Assembly: GCA_018401955.1 (NCBI GenBank)
Contig: JAGYJT010000006.1
Span: forward strand, 10,351-74,350
Direction: 5' to 3'
Length of the DNA: 64,000 nucleotides
DNA from: Chitinophagales bacterium
GTDB taxonomy: Bacteria; Bacteroidota; Bacteroidia; Chitinophagales; CAIOSU01
Shown: positions 1 through 10,621 of the stretch, one piece after another
How the letters are laid out: the number at the start of each line of letters is the position of its first letter
Numbering within the stretch: the first letter of the stretch is position 1
The notes under the pieces: model-generated
Database searches by the model: none
Told to the model about the DNA's origin: nothing
The model's input: the letters and a program-made list of their open reading frames with translations, nothing else
Program-made: the position numbers and the translations under genes

Positions 1-1
1 T

Positions 2-724
2 ACTACTGAGTTTAACGTTACCATTTTTAATGAGCTAAACCTCAATTACTCCAAATCAATTTGGGAATCGTGTGCACAGCACAACATACCACTTATATAT
101 GCATCTTCGGCAGCTACCTATGGCCTGGGTGAGCAAGGTTTTGATGACGACCACCATAAAATACCATTATTAAAGCCGCTGAACCCTTACGGGCAAAGCA
201 AGCAAGATTTTGATGTATGGGCCTTGGCACAAACCGAGCAACCGCCGTTTTGGGCTGGGCTGAAGTTTTTCAACGTATATGGCCCCAACGAGTACCACAA
301 GGGCCGCATGGGTTCGGTGGTTTTCCATGCATACATGCAGATAAAAGAAACGGGACAAATGACCCTTTTCCGTTCGCACAACCCAGAATACAAAGATGGT
401 GAGCAGCTGCGCGACTTTATCTATGTAATGGATGTAGTGAATGTAATCGTTTGGTTGATGGAGCACAAACCCACTTCGGCCATCTATAATCTAGGCACGG
501 GCCAAGCCCGCACGTTTATCGACCTTACCAAAGCCACCTTTATGGCCATGGGTATTGAGCCGGTAATCAATTTTAGAGACACTCCTGAAGACATCCGCGA
601 CAAATACCAATACTTCACCGAAGCCAATATGGAGAAACTGTGCGCGGCTGGCTACACCCAACCTTTTACTAGCTTGGAAGATGGGGTAGGAGAGTATGTT
701 GGGGTGTTGAATTCAAAATTGTAA
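2..724 (+). CDS. rfaD: ADP-L-glycero-D-manno-heptose 6-epimerase (5'-truncated by window)
   Basis: Frame open from base 2: TTEFN...YASSAATYG...PLNPYGQSK (YxxxK), FFNVYGPNEYHKGRM, RDFIYV, KYQYFTEA. Confidence 0.93.
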   Translation, partial: TTEFNVTIFNELNLNYSKSIWESCAQHNIPLIYASSAATYGLGEQGFDDDHHKIPLLKPLNPYGQSKQDFDVWALAQTEQPPFWAGLKFFNVYGPNEYHKGRMGSVVFHAYMQIKETGQMTLFRSHNPEYKDGEQLRDFIYVMDVVNVIVWLMEHKPTSAIYNLGTGQARTFIDLTKATFMAMGIEPVINFRDTPEDIRDKYQYFTEANMEKLCAAGYTQPFTSLEDGVGEYVGVLNSKL

Positions 725-780
725 TACGGCAGGCTAAATGTAATTAAGTTGAGGATTTAGCTTCTTAATTGCATTCCCGA

Positions 781-944
781 CGTGTCATGGTGAGCGGAGC
801 CGAACCATCCGTAACATGTACACGTAACTTGTACGCAAAATACAAGGACTCATAGCATCTTAAAAGGATAATGTTTTGCCACCTACATTATGAATGGTTC
901 GTAATTCGACGACGCTCACTATGACATCCGCTCACCATGGCACG
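781..944. repeat. REP/MITE-like element with long terminal inverted repeats
   Basis: CGTGTCATGGTGAGCGGA (781-798) vs TCCGCTCACCATGGCACG (927-944), 17/18 inverted match; related half-site GTCATCCTGAGCGTAGTCGAAGG near 28879. Confidence 0.7.
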
Positions 945-1010
945 CAACTACATCAGTCAGGTCACTCCCCAGCGTTAACTTTATGCCATTAGAAGGAGCC
1001 AAGGTGGTAT

Positions 1011-1046
1011 AAAACAAAAGCCGCTCCTGTTTCCAAGAGCGGCTTT
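1011..1046. terminator. Intrinsic terminator between convergent rfaD and ahpC
   Basis: AAAGCCGCTC-loop-GAGCGGCTTT stem; T-rich tail on the minus strand. Confidence 0.75.
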
Positions 1047-1103
1047 ATATCAGGTTCAATTATCAGTTACCAATCAACCAGTAACCAATAACCGATAACC
1101 AAA

Positions 1104-1733
1104 TTAATGGGTAGCCAAGTAAGAAGAAACACCAGCGTGGTCGGCTTTCATGCCTTCTTTGCCTTCTTCCCAGTTAGCGGGGCAAACTTCACCTTTCTCT
1201 TCTACAAACTGTAGGGCTTTCAAGGTACGGATGGCCTCGTCAACGTTACGGCCCAATGGCAAGTCGTTAATGGTTTCGTGACGTACCACACCATTTTTGT
1301 CGATAAGGAACAAGCCACGGTAAGCAACCGGTTCGCCTTCGAAAGTGGTTTGGCCTTCGTCGTTGTAGTCAAACTCACCGGCCAATACACCGTAGTTCAT
1401 GGCAATAGTTTTGCTGAAATCGGCAACCAATGGGTAAGTAACGCCTTCAATACCACCTTTATCTTTCGGGGTATTCAACCAAGCCCAGTGGCTAAAGTGT
1501 GAATCTACAGAACATGCTACTACTTCGGTATCCAATTTTTTGAACTCATCCAATTTGGCTTGGAAAGCGTGCAACTCGGTAGGGCACACAAAAGTGAAAT
1601 CCATAGGGTAGAAAAAGAACACTACGAATTTTTTACCGATGTACTGTTCCAATGAAAAGTTCTCTTCAAACTCACCACCGTCTACAACAGCCGTGGTGCT
1701 AAATTTAGGAGCAGGTTTACCTACTAAAGACAT
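1104..1733 (-). CDS. ahpC: 2-Cys peroxiredoxin (AhpC/TSA)
   Basis: FFYPMDFTFVCPTE peroxidatic motif, GRNVDE, GEVCPANW resolving Cys. Confidence 0.95.
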   Translation of the reverse strand: MSLVGKPAPKFSTTAVVDGGEFEENFSLEQYIGKKFVVFFFYPMDFTFVCPTELHAFQAKLDEFKKLDTEVVACSVDSHFSHWAWLNTPKDKGGIEGVTYPLVADFSKTIAMNYGVLAGEFDYNDEGQTTFEGEPVAYRGLFLIDKNGVVRHETINDLPLGRNVDEAIRTLKALQFVEEKGEVCPANWEEGKEGMKADHAGVSSYLATH

Positions 1734-1815
1734 AATAATCTGGTTTTAGGGTTTAATATTGATTGTTGCAACATCGACAGTAACGCACGGTCAGTGCTTA
1801 TTGTTCCTGTCGTTG

Positions 1816-1823
1816 CAAAAATA
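1816..1823 (-). promoter_or_regulatory. Bacteroidota -7 box upstream of ahpC
   Basis: TATTTTTG on the minus strand matches TAnnTTTG. Confidence 0.5.
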
Positions 1824-1956
1824 GGAAAATGTGGGTGTAATGCGATGGATGGGGTGAGTATTAATTATATGATGATGTTTGTTTGACAGAAGGCATTATA
1901 TTTGAAATACAGTGAGTCATCATTTTTTGCTTAATCCGTTATATACAATTTAAGGG

Positions 1957-2394
1957 ATGAAGATATTTATAGAGGAGTTCATTAGGCCAAATTCATTTTT
2001 GCAGTTTCAAGTAGGTGACATTTTAGATTTGTCAACTTATGTGCAAGGTCTTGACTACAATGCAATCAATGCTCAGGCATTTTATTTTTTTAGCACTCCA
2101 ATTGATGTTGAGGTAACCCTTAAGGATGGCACCATAAATTCATTCGATATTCTTCTTCGGAATCAATCTAACAGTCTTTTTCTTGGAAAGAGTGAAACTT
2201 CTAATATGGAGTTGTCAACGTGTGACTTGGATTCTGCTATTAGTTACTTGCAAAGTAGAGATGCAATATTTACTGTTGGTGAAATGGATACTGCTAAGTG
2301 CATTACATTGGTATATCACGCTGACTTAGATATTAATCTATTTTTTGACGTTGAGAATTCCCCACAATTATCATTGATACACATTTGCAAGTAA
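1957..2394 (+). CDS. Hypothetical protein, AT-rich, 145 aa
   Basis: Open ORF with TATATTTG -7-like box at 1897-1904; no recognisable motif. Confidence 0.65.
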   Translation: MKIFIEEFIRPNSFLQFQVGDILDLSTYVQGLDYNAINAQAFYFFSTPIDVEVTLKDGTINSFDILLRNQSNSLFLGKSETSNMELSTCDLDSAISYLQSRDAIFTVGEMDTAKCITLVYHADLDINLFFDVENSPQLSLIHICK

Positions 2395-2476
2395 TTTACT
2401 CGGCCCATCCGAATGCCCCGAGCGTAGGATTTGTAATCCGCTATTGGAAGAATAATCGTACAAAAACAGAAATAGG

Positions 2477-3091
2477 GTGATAGCAAAAAACAGAAACAAC
2501 AACATTATCATATTGTTGGCTGCATTCCTCTCTATTTGGGGATGTGAAGAGTTTGTAAGAAGAAAGATAGGTGGGTTTGCAGGTAGCTATCCATTTGCGG
2601 AAAGCTGGGATATACACGCCACTGAGGACGAGGTGATAGCGGCAATAGTTGAGTTAAAGAGAGAAAACCCCAGTTTGCAGCCACCCAACGAAGAGGAGCT
2701 GTATTTCCCAAGAAAAATGGATTACGACTGGGGTTCGGATGAAATGAAGGACCATTTGCACCGTTCAATAGCCCTTAAAGATTCAACTCTGCCTTTGCCA
2801 CCAATGACCAAGAGCAACACCACATCGGGTAATTGGCTTTTCATTCATTTTTACTACTCTGGCACTAAAGAAATTGTATATACATGGACTAGTCCTGAAT
2901 ATGGTGATACAACAATTACGACGTTTGCCTTTGTAAGCCTTAGAAATATTGATAACCCAAAAGGAACAAGAAAGCTCATAAACAGGGATTTTTGGTACTT
3001 GGCAAACAAGTGGCAGATACATAAGTTTAAAACCACGGTCGTGGATAGAATAAAAGAAATAGTAGCACGTAAAAGGGCTTCAAAGGCGTAG
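2477..3091 (+). CDS. Hypothetical probable lipoprotein
   Basis: GTG start, basic N-terminus, hydrophobic stretch then SIWG-C lipobox-like site. Confidence 0.65.
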   Translation: MIAKNRNNNIIILLAAFLSIWGCEEFVRRKIGGFAGSYPFAESWDIHATEDEVIAAIVELKRENPSLQPPNEEELYFPRKMDYDWGSDEMKDHLHRSIALKDSTLPLPPMTKSNTTSGNWLFIHFYYSGTKEIVYTWTSPEYGDTTITTFAFVSLRNIDNPKGTRKLINRDFWYLANKWQIHKFKTTVVDRIKEIVARKRASKA

Positions 3092-3299
3092 TTGGTTAGC
3101 TGACCAGCCCCCCAATCGTCCTCGTCTTTCTTTTAACGAGGATGAAACGGACACCGCGTCTTCAGCCTGTCCCGCCTTGGGCGGGGACGCCCGTATGTTA
3201 TTTTGAACCTTTCGTTCAATCCATCTACCCATCCAAACCCACCCACCCGCAAAATTTCCATATCTTAGCCACAGCTATTGTTTAACCAAATTATATACC

Positions 3300-4928
3300 A
3301 TGGCGAATGCTATTTTTCGTGTGCCGAAGGCGGTAAATGAACCTGTAAAAAACTATGCACCGGGCTCACCGGAGCGGACTGAATTGAAGGCGGCTTTAAA
3401 GGAACTAAAGGGCCAAGAGCTTGATATACCGATGGTTATTGGTGGTAAGGAAATCCGTACCAACAACAAGGTTGCCATACACCCCCCACACGAGCTATCG
3501 CATACCTTGGGGCATTTCCATCATGGCGATGCGCAGCATGTAAAAGACGCTATTGACGCGGCTTTAGCGGCCAAAGACGAATGGGAAAACACCCCTTGGG
3601 AGCAGCGCGCGGCCATCTTTTTAAAGGCTGCCGATTTGTTGGCGGGCAAGTACCGCGCCGTTACCAATGCGGCTACCATGCTGGGCCAATCTAAAAACGT
3701 ATATCAAGCTGAGATTGATGCGGTTTGTGAGTTGATTGACTTCTATCGCTTTAACGTGGAATATGCTACGCAAATGTACAGCGAGCAACCATACTCGCCG
3801 CCAGGGCAATGGAACCGCTTGGAGTTCCGTCCGCTGGAGGGGTTTGTGTTTGCCGTTACACCGTTCAACTTTACCTCAATAGGTGCCAACCTGCCCACGG
3901 CGCCGGCTTTGATGGGCAATACCGTGGTTTGGAAACCATCAGAAACCCAGATTTATTCTGCTTGGTTTACGATGATGGTGCTAAAAGAAGCTGGCCTGCC
4001 CGATGGCGTAATCAATATTATCTATACCGATGGCCCGGTTGCGGGCAATGTGGTATTTGAGCACCGCGATTTTGCTGGAATCCATTTTACGGGTTCTACC
4101 AAAACGTTTAATTACATGTGGAAGACCATTGGCGAAAATATGGACAAATACCGCAGCTACCCACGCATAGTAGGGGAGACGGGCGGTAAAGACTTTGTAA
4201 TTGCCCACCCAAGTGCCGACCCAGTAGCAGTTTCGGTGGCTTTAGCCCGTGGCGCTTTTGAGTACCAAGGGCAGAAGTGCTCGGCCGCATCGCGTGCTTA
4301 CATTCCTAAAAGCCTTTGGCCGCAGGTTAAAGAGCGCTTGGTAGCTGACGTGAAGAGCTTTAAAATGGGCACGGTGGAGCGATTTGATAACTTCATTAAT
4401 GCCGTTATCGATGAAAAGTCGTTTGATAAACTCGCCAAATATATTGACCAAGCGAAAGCCGATGGGCAGGAGATAATAGTGGGCGGCAATTACGATAAAT
4501 CGAAAGGGTACTTTATTGAGCCTACCGTAATTGTAGCCAACGACCCTAAGTACACGACCATGTGCGAGGAGCTTTTTGGCCCAGTGCTTACCCTATATGT
4601 GTACGATGACGATAAGTGGGAAGAAACCTTAGAGTTGGTTGACAGCACCTCGCCTTATGCCCTTACAGGTGCCGTTTTCTCGCAAGACCGCTATGCCCTT
4701 GAGGTAGCCAACCGCAAGCTGAAACACGCTGCCGGTAACTATTACATCAACGATAAGCCTACTGGGGCTGTTGTTGGCCAGCAACCGTTTGGCGGTGCGC
4801 GCGGCTCGGGCACTAACGATAAGGCAGGTTCCATAATCAACCTATATCGTTGGGTTTCGGCGCGTACCATGAAAGAGACCCTTTCACCTGCCCTTGACTA
4901 TCGATATCCGTTTTTGGCTGACGAATAG
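3300..4928 (+). CDS. pruA: L-glutamate gamma-semialdehyde (P5C) dehydrogenase
   Basis: NEPVKNYAPGSPER, PFNFT, FTGST, GETGGKDF, FEYQGQKCSA, KPTGAVVGQQPFGG. Confidence 0.96.
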   Translation: MANAIFRVPKAVNEPVKNYAPGSPERTELKAALKELKGQELDIPMVIGGKEIRTNNKVAIHPPHELSHTLGHFHHGDAQHVKDAIDAALAAKDEWENTPWEQRAAIFLKAADLLAGKYRAVTNAATMLGQSKNVYQAEIDAVCELIDFYRFNVEYATQMYSEQPYSPPGQWNRLEFRPLEGFVFAVTPFNFTSIGANLPTAPALMGNTVVWKPSETQIYSAWFTMMVLKEAGLPDGVINIIYTDGPVAGNVVFEHRDFAGIHFTGSTKTFNYMWKTIGENMDKYRSYPRIVGETGGKDFVIAHPSADPVAVSVALARGAFEYQGQKCSAASRAYIPKSLWPQVKERLVADVKSFKMGTVERFDNFINAVIDEKSFDKLAKYIDQAKADGQEIIVGGNYDKSKGYFIEPTVIVANDPKYTTMCEELFGPVLTLYVYDDDKWEETLELVDSTSPYALTGAVFSQDRYALEVANRKLKHAAGNYYINDKPTGAVVGQQPFGGARGSGTNDKAGSIINLYRWVSARTMKETLSPALDYRYPFLADE

Positions 4929-5024
4929 TGCAACTTGCTATTTTGTAGTGTCAAATCAATCATATTTCCATACAATAAGTTATTTTTACGCTTACACAAT
5001 ACCAGCTAACCCATAATTACCACT

Positions 5025-8000
5025 ATGCGCAAGGGAACTTTACTTAGCATTATTTTCAGTATCACTTTTTTAGTGTTTTTGGCACCTCAGGCCTTTAACA
5101 ATGCCAGCCAACCGCCAGAGGGGCACACCGGTGCACCTGGCGAGTTAAATTGCTCGGCATCAGGCTGCCACGTGGGCACTCCGGTATCCAACAGGAGTCT
5201 TTTTCGTATGGATATAGTAAGCCGCCCGCCTACATACGATACGGCGGTAACCTACAATCTATTTGTAAACAACAGTGCTGGCACTGCAGCCTATGGTTTT
5301 CAGGTTACTGCCGTTGATGCAAATGGTTTTCCGGCGGGTAACTTTATATTAAACAGTACCACTACCACATCGTTGGTTGCGGGTGCTAATGGCAGGCAAT
5401 ATGTTGGTCACAACAATGCCAACTCTACCAATGCTTGGGCGTTTAAATGGAAGCCAACGCGCTACGTAGGCCCGGTAACGTTTTATATTGCGGGTTTAGG
5501 TGCCAATAACGATGGTTCGGTAACTGGCGACCAAACTTACCTAGATACTTTGCGCTTTGTGGGGCAAGGCCAACCAGCTAACCTTAACGCAGATTTTACC
5601 ATTAGTAATACTACTGTTTGTGTTGGCGATGCAATAACATACACTAATACTAGCACCGGTACTGTAACCACCTACAACTGGACTTTTGGTGCTGGAGCTA
5701 ATCCGGCAGATGCTGCTACGGTTGGCCCACATAGTGTTACTTACAGCACAACCGGCACTAAAACTATCAGTCTAACGGTAGGAGATGGCTTGCTTACCGA
5801 CACAGAAACAAAAACAGTGACAGTAGTTTCTGCACCTGTGGCTAATGCTGGTAACGATACCACCATTTGTGCCGGTGGTACTGCAACGCTTCGTGCAACT
5901 GGCGGCACTATCTATGCTTGGAGCAATGGTGCTGGCTCAGGTGCTAGCGTAACCGTTAGTCCACTTACCACCACTACTTATACCGTAACCGCTACATCGG
6001 GCTCATGCACGGCTACTGATGAGGTAATTGTAACCGTTAGCCCTGGCCCTGCTGCCGATGCTGGCGTAAATGATACCGTTTGCCTTGGCGAACCTGCTAC
6101 CCTTACCGCCTCAGGTGGGGTTGGTTATCAATGGAATACTACCCAAACTACTGCCACTATTACGGCAATAATACCTGCTGCTGGTACCTATACGGCTGTA
6201 GTTACCGTAACCGATGCACAAGGCTGCACAGGTGTTGACTCTGCCCAAGTAATTGTAAACCCACTACCTAACGTAACCGTTGCCGATGTTACTACCTGTG
6301 GCACGGGCACGGCGACATTAGATGCTGGTGCTGGTTTTGCATCTTATGTATGGAGTAATGCTGATGTTACGCAAACAACCGATGTAACCACTACTGGAAG
6401 CTATAGTGTAACCGTTACCGATGCCAATGGCTGCGAAAATGCCGATACGGCCACCGCTACTATTCTTTCTAGTTTGGTAGTTACGCTTAACGATACCAGC
6501 TTTTGCCCAGGCGGTAGTGTAACTCTAGATGCTGGCTACCCAGGTGCTACTTATTTGTGGAGCGATAACTCAACAGACCAAACCCTTGTAGTTACCTCAG
6601 CTGGCACTTATAGCGTAACCGTTACCGATGGTAGCTGCAGTGGTAGCGAAGATGCAGTAGTAAGTATTGCTACTTTGCCTTCGGTGGGCGCGGGTGCTGA
6701 TGTTATTATTTGCGCTGGTGATGTTGCCAATATTGGTAATCCGGATAGTGTAGATGTGGTTATCGTTCAATCAGAAAATTTTAACGGTTGTGGTCTTCCA
6801 ACAGGTTGGCAGGCAAACATTCTGGCTGGTGTTGATAATTGGCTGTTCACAGTACCTAGTTATGGCGGCGGCGGTATTAACGGCTCTTGTATGGCGCATT
6901 TTAACGATGACGACGCTGGCAGCGGCCAAGTAAACAGAGTAGAACTTTTGTCTCCAAGTTTTGATGCTACCCCTTACAGTGTTTTATTGGTAAACCTAGA
7001 TGTTCACTTTAGGGTATCAACAAGTAGCCAATTTAATATTCAAGTTTGGGATGGTACTGCATACCAAGATTTAGCCGTTTACAATTCAACTATCAACGGT
7101 AACACTTGGGGTAGCTTTCAAAACGAGACGTTTGACTTGACTCCTTACCTAAACGCTAACCTTCACCTTCGTTTCTTTTACGATGATTTGGGTGGCTACG
7201 AGTGGTGGGCTGGTATAGATAACTTCCTTGTTGGTGGTATTCCAGCGGGTCTATATTCTTGGTCGCCAACCACAGGGCTTGCTGATCCAAATTCACCATT
7301 AACCACCGCACAACCTACAACCACTACAAGCTATGTATTGTCGGCAACTGTAAATGGCTGCACCAAAACTGATACGGTGCTGGTTACGGTTAACCAATCG
7401 CCAACGGTTTCGTTTACCGGTATTGCCACCACTTATTGCGCAGACGTGGACGTGGATTATTCATTAACAGGCACTCCTACTGGAGGTACATTCAGCGGTC
7501 CTGGCGTTACAGGCAGCAGTTTTAATCCGTCGGATGCTGGTGCTGGCGTGCACAATGTGGTTTATGAATATTTTGATGCCGCACTTAACTGCACAGGCAG
7601 AGACACCATAGTTGTTACGGTCAATCCTATTCCAAATGCGGTTATCACCAGTGCTAACACTTTTGTTTGTATTGATGAGCCTGCATTTACCTTAACAGCA
7701 ACCCCTGCGGGTGGTACTTTTAGTGGTCCTGGGGTAAGCAGCGGCACCTTTAATGCAAGTATTGCTGGCGCTGGTGCTCATCTTGTTTCCTACGTTTACA
7801 CTAGCCCAGCAGGATGCTCGGATACTGCTACTATTATTTACAATGTTGTTGACTTTACACCAAGCTTTAGTGGTTTGGGTAGTGGTTATTGTGCATCTAC
7901 TAGCACCACGGTTGCTTTAACTGGAAGCCCTGCTGGCGGTACTTTCAGTGGCCCTGGCATAGTGGGTAATGATTTCGACCCCGCATTGTCGGGTGGTGGT

Positions 8001-10493
8001 ACCCATACAATTAATTATGCTATTGATTCTTTCTTGGGCTATTCAATCGATACCAACTTCGCTTATACTATTGTTCCAACAGCTGCCAGTGCAGTTGTCT
8101 ACAATTTTATTGACGATGATGAGGAGCTATCAAACACCATTCCGATTGGTTTCAGTTTTAATTTCTTTGGGCAAGATTATACTGATTTGAAGGTGAGCAC
8201 CAATGGTTTCTTAACTTTTGATGTGGCCTCAACCGACCCTGAGTTTTCTAACCAAGCTTTACCTGATACCGATGCGCCTAACAATTTGGTAGCGTTTATG
8301 TGGGATGATTTGGAACTGTCGGGTTTTGAATACTTTGTAACTGGCACTGCACCCAATAGGGCCATGGTTATGAACTTCGATGCATTCCATTTCTTTAGTT
8401 TTAGTGTGGTGCGTGCGCAGATTGTGTTGCAAGAGACCACCAATGAGATTGAAATACATTGTACTAACTGTCAGCCTGATGATTCAGGTGCCTCGGCCAC
8501 GCAAGGTGTTGAAAATGCCGATGGAACTAGGGCTTATGTGCCTACTGGTCGTAATAATTCGGGTTGGGGTTCAGCTTTGTCGAGCGTAAGGTTTATACCT
8601 GCATCTTGTACTTTCTCTACCAGCCAACAAGTAACAGTTGGTGGGGTTGTTGTTGATATTGCTGATACCTCAATTTGCGGAGGTGAAAGCGTTGTGGTTA
8701 CGGCATCTGGCAGCACCAGTTATGCTTGGAGCCACGGCCCTACAACCGCCTCTGTAACGCTTTCGCCTGCTGATACTACCGTTTATACCGTTACAGGTAC
8801 CGATGTGAGCTGTACTTCGTCTACAACAGTTACTGTTAATGTTCGTCCGGGTGTAAATGCAAGTATCAACGGTTTGAATGATACGGTTTGCTCAGGTGAT
8901 TTGTTAATCACTTTGGTGGGTACACCAGCGGGCGGTACATTCGCTGGTCCAGGTGTTTCCGGTTCAACTTTCGACCCTGCTCAAGCTACAGTTAGTGCTA
9001 TCAATATCATTACCTACGCAGTAACTAATGCTTTTGGTTGTTCAGATACGGCTGAGTTCGATGTATTTGTTTCGCCATCACCAATGGCACAGTTTACGCT
9101 AGCCGATTCGGCATATTGCCTTAGCGCTTTACCTGTAACTCTTTCAGCAACTCCAGCAGGAGGTGTATTTACGGGCCCGGGTATAAGCAATGGTACCTTT
9201 GTTCCTTACTTTGCAGGTGTTGGTGTCCATCAACTGGTTTACCGTGTAGCTATACCTGGCGGCTGCGATGCTATTGATACGCTAAGCGTTACGGTATATG
9301 GTTTGCCAACAGTTAGTTTTAATACTATTGCTACTCAGTATTGTGTTCAGTCTGATTCGGTTTCCTTAATCGGTACACCAACTGGCGGAACGTTTATGGG
9401 AGTGGGTATAAGTAATGATGCTTTTCACCCAAGTGACGCAGGTGTTGGTGGTCCTTATATCATCTCTTATACATACACTGATAGCAATGGTTGCAGTAGC
9501 AACAATGTACAACTTACAGAAGTGGTAACCAACCCTACCTTGCAGTGGGTTGGCTTACGCAACAGCTATTGCATCAACGGCGATTCGGTTAGCTTGGTGG
9601 CTTTACCTGGCGGCGGTACTTTTAGTGGTAATGGTGTAAGTGGCACCTTCTTTAACCCAACCAATGCTGGTGTGGGTACTCAAACACTTACTTATGATTA
9701 TACTGATGGCGCAGGTTGCGCTGCATCACTAGATGCAAATGTAGTAGTAAACGATGTGTTGCCAATAGGCATTGACAATCTTGATAGCACCTATTGCGTA
9801 AATGATCCTTTGGTTCTTCTTTCTGCATTTCCTTCAGGTGGCGTGTTTAGTGGCAACGGCGTAGTAGGCAATGTATTTTCGCCTGACACTGCTGGCACAG
9901 GCGGCCCATATGTGGTTACCTACACTTATACTGATTTGAACGGTTGTGTAACTTCAACTTCAGCTAGCACCCGCATTAAGCCAGCAACCAATCTATTGAT
10001 TAGTGGCTTAGTGCCTGACTATTGTATAGAGGATAATATCGAAGTGGACATCAATGTAGCACCGCAAGGAGGAACTCTGCTTGGTTCTGGTATATCTGGT
10101 ACTAGTTTTAACCCATCATTAGCTGGTTTTGGGGAGTATATACTTACCTATGAGTATACTAACACGCAAGGTTGCACAAGCTATACTTCGTACACCGTAA
10201 ATGTAAGAGGTTGTACCGGTATTGACGAAGTGGATGCTGCCGTGCTAGTTGGTTTATACCCGAACCCAACTACAGGTGTATTGAATTTTGGTGTAGATGG
10301 GTTGGATGGGGAAACCTTGCAGCTAAACGTGTTTAGCATACACGGACAGCGATTAATGCAAGAGCAGTATAATAATGTAACCAGCCAAGTACCTATGCAA
10401 ATAGATATGAGCCTATTATCAGAAGGTACCTACATGGTACAGTTGCAAGCAGGCAATTATAGTAGTGTGCATAGAGTTGTTTTAACCAGATAA
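5025..10493 (+). CDS. Large T9SS-secreted protein: Reeler-like N-terminus, PKD and Ig-like repeats, MAM/adhesin-like and nidogen-like inserts, T9SS CTD
   Basis: Signal peptide; GHTGAPGELNCSASGCH; YNWTFG PKD; repeated GGTFSGPG modules with paired Cys; C-terminal LYPNPT...GTYMVQL. Confidence 0.85.
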   Translation: MRKGTLLSIIFSITFLVFLAPQAFNNASQPPEGHTGAPGELNCSASGCHVGTPVSNRSLFRMDIVSRPPTYDTAVTYNLFVNNSAGTAAYGFQVTAVDANGFPAGNFILNSTTTTSLVAGANGRQYVGHNNANSTNAWAFKWKPTRYVGPVTFYIAGLGANNDGSVTGDQTYLDTLRFVGQGQPANLNADFTISNTTVCVGDAITYTNTSTGTVTTYNWTFGAGANPADAATVGPHSVTYSTTGTKTISLTVGDGLLTDTETKTVTVVSAPVANAGNDTTICAGGTATLRATGGTIYAWSNGAGSGASVTVSPLTTTTYTVTATSGSCTATDEVIVTVSPGPAADAGVNDTVCLGEPATLTASGGVGYQWNTTQTTATITAIIPAAGTYTAVVTVTDAQGCTGVDSAQVIVNPLPNVTVADVTTCGTGTATLDAGAGFASYVWSNADVTQTTDVTTTGSYSVTVTDANGCENADTATATILSSLVVTLNDTSFCPGGSVTLDAGYPGATYLWSDNSTDQTLVVTSAGTYSVTVTDGSCSGSEDAVVSIATLPSVGAGADVIICAGDVANIGNPDSVDVVIVQSENFNGCGLPTGWQANILAGVDNWLFTVPSYGGGGINGSCMAHFNDDDAGSGQVNRVELLSPSFDATPYSVLLVNLDVHFRVSTSSQFNIQVWDGTAYQDLAVYNSTINGNTWGSFQNETFDLTPYLNANLHLRFFYDDLGGYEWWAGIDNFLVGGIPAGLYSWSPTTGLADPNSPLTTAQPTTTTSYVLSATVNGCTKTDTVLVTVNQSPTVSFTGIATTYCADVDVDYSLTGTPTGGTFSGPGVTGSSFNPSDAGAGVHNVVYEYFDAALNCTGRDTIVVTVNPIPNAVITSANTFVCIDEPAFTLTATPAGGTFSGPGVSSGTFNASIAGAGAHLVSYVYTSPAGCSDTATIIYNVVDFTPSFSGLGSGYCASTSTTVALTGSPAGGTFSGPGIVGNDFDPALSGGGTHTINYAIDSFLGYSIDTNFAYTIVPTAASAVVYNFIDDDEELSNTIPIGFSFNFFGQDYTDLKVSTNGFLTFDVASTDPEFSNQALPDTDAPNNLVAFMWDDLELSGFEYFVTGTAPNRAMVMNFDAFHFFSFSVVRAQIVLQETTNEIEIHCTNCQPDDSGASATQGVENADGTRAYVPTGRNNSGWGSALSSVRFIPASCTFSTSQQVTVGGVVVDIADTSICGGESVVVTASGSTSYAWSHGPTTASVTLSPADTTVYTVTGTDVSCTSSTTVTVNVRPGVNASINGLNDTVCSGDLLITLVGTPAGGTFAGPGVSGSTFDPAQATVSAINIITYAVTNAFGCSDTAEFDVFVSPSPMAQFTLADSAYCLSALPVTLSATPAGGVFTGPGISNGTFVPYFAGVGVHQLVYRVAIPGGCDAIDTLSVTVYGLPTVSFNTIATQYCVQSDSVSLIGTPTGGTFMGVGISNDAFHPSDAGVGGPYIISYTYTDSNGCSSNNVQLTEVVTNPTLQWVGLRNSYCINGDSVSLVALPGGGTFSGNGVSGTFFNPTNAGVGTQTLTYDYTDGAGCAASLDANVVVNDVLPIGIDNLDSTYCVNDPLVLLSAFPSGGVFSGNGVVGNVFSPDTAGTGGPYVVTYTYTDLNGCVTSTSASTRIKPATNLLISGLVPDYCIEDNIEVDINVAPQGGTLLGSGISGTSFNPSLAGFGEYILTYEYTNTQGCTSYTSYTVNVRGCTGIDEVDAAVLVGLYPNPTTGVLNFGVDGLDGETLQLNVFSIHGQRLMQEQYNNVTSQVPMQIDMSLLSEGTYMVQLQAGNYSSVHRVVLTR

Positions 10494-10516
10494 TTATTTG
10501 GTAAATGATATCCTGT

Positions 10517-10552
10517 AATGGGTGCAGCATACACGCTGCACCCATTTTTTTT
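10517..10552 (+). terminator. Intrinsic terminator
   Basis: AATGGGTGCAGC/GCTGCACCCATT stem followed by a T run. Confidence 0.85.
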
Positions 10553-10621
10553 GCACTGTTTTTTCAAATGCAGAACTGATTAATGAATAAACTGTTACTT
10601 TAGTGATACTGAAAAGATATT

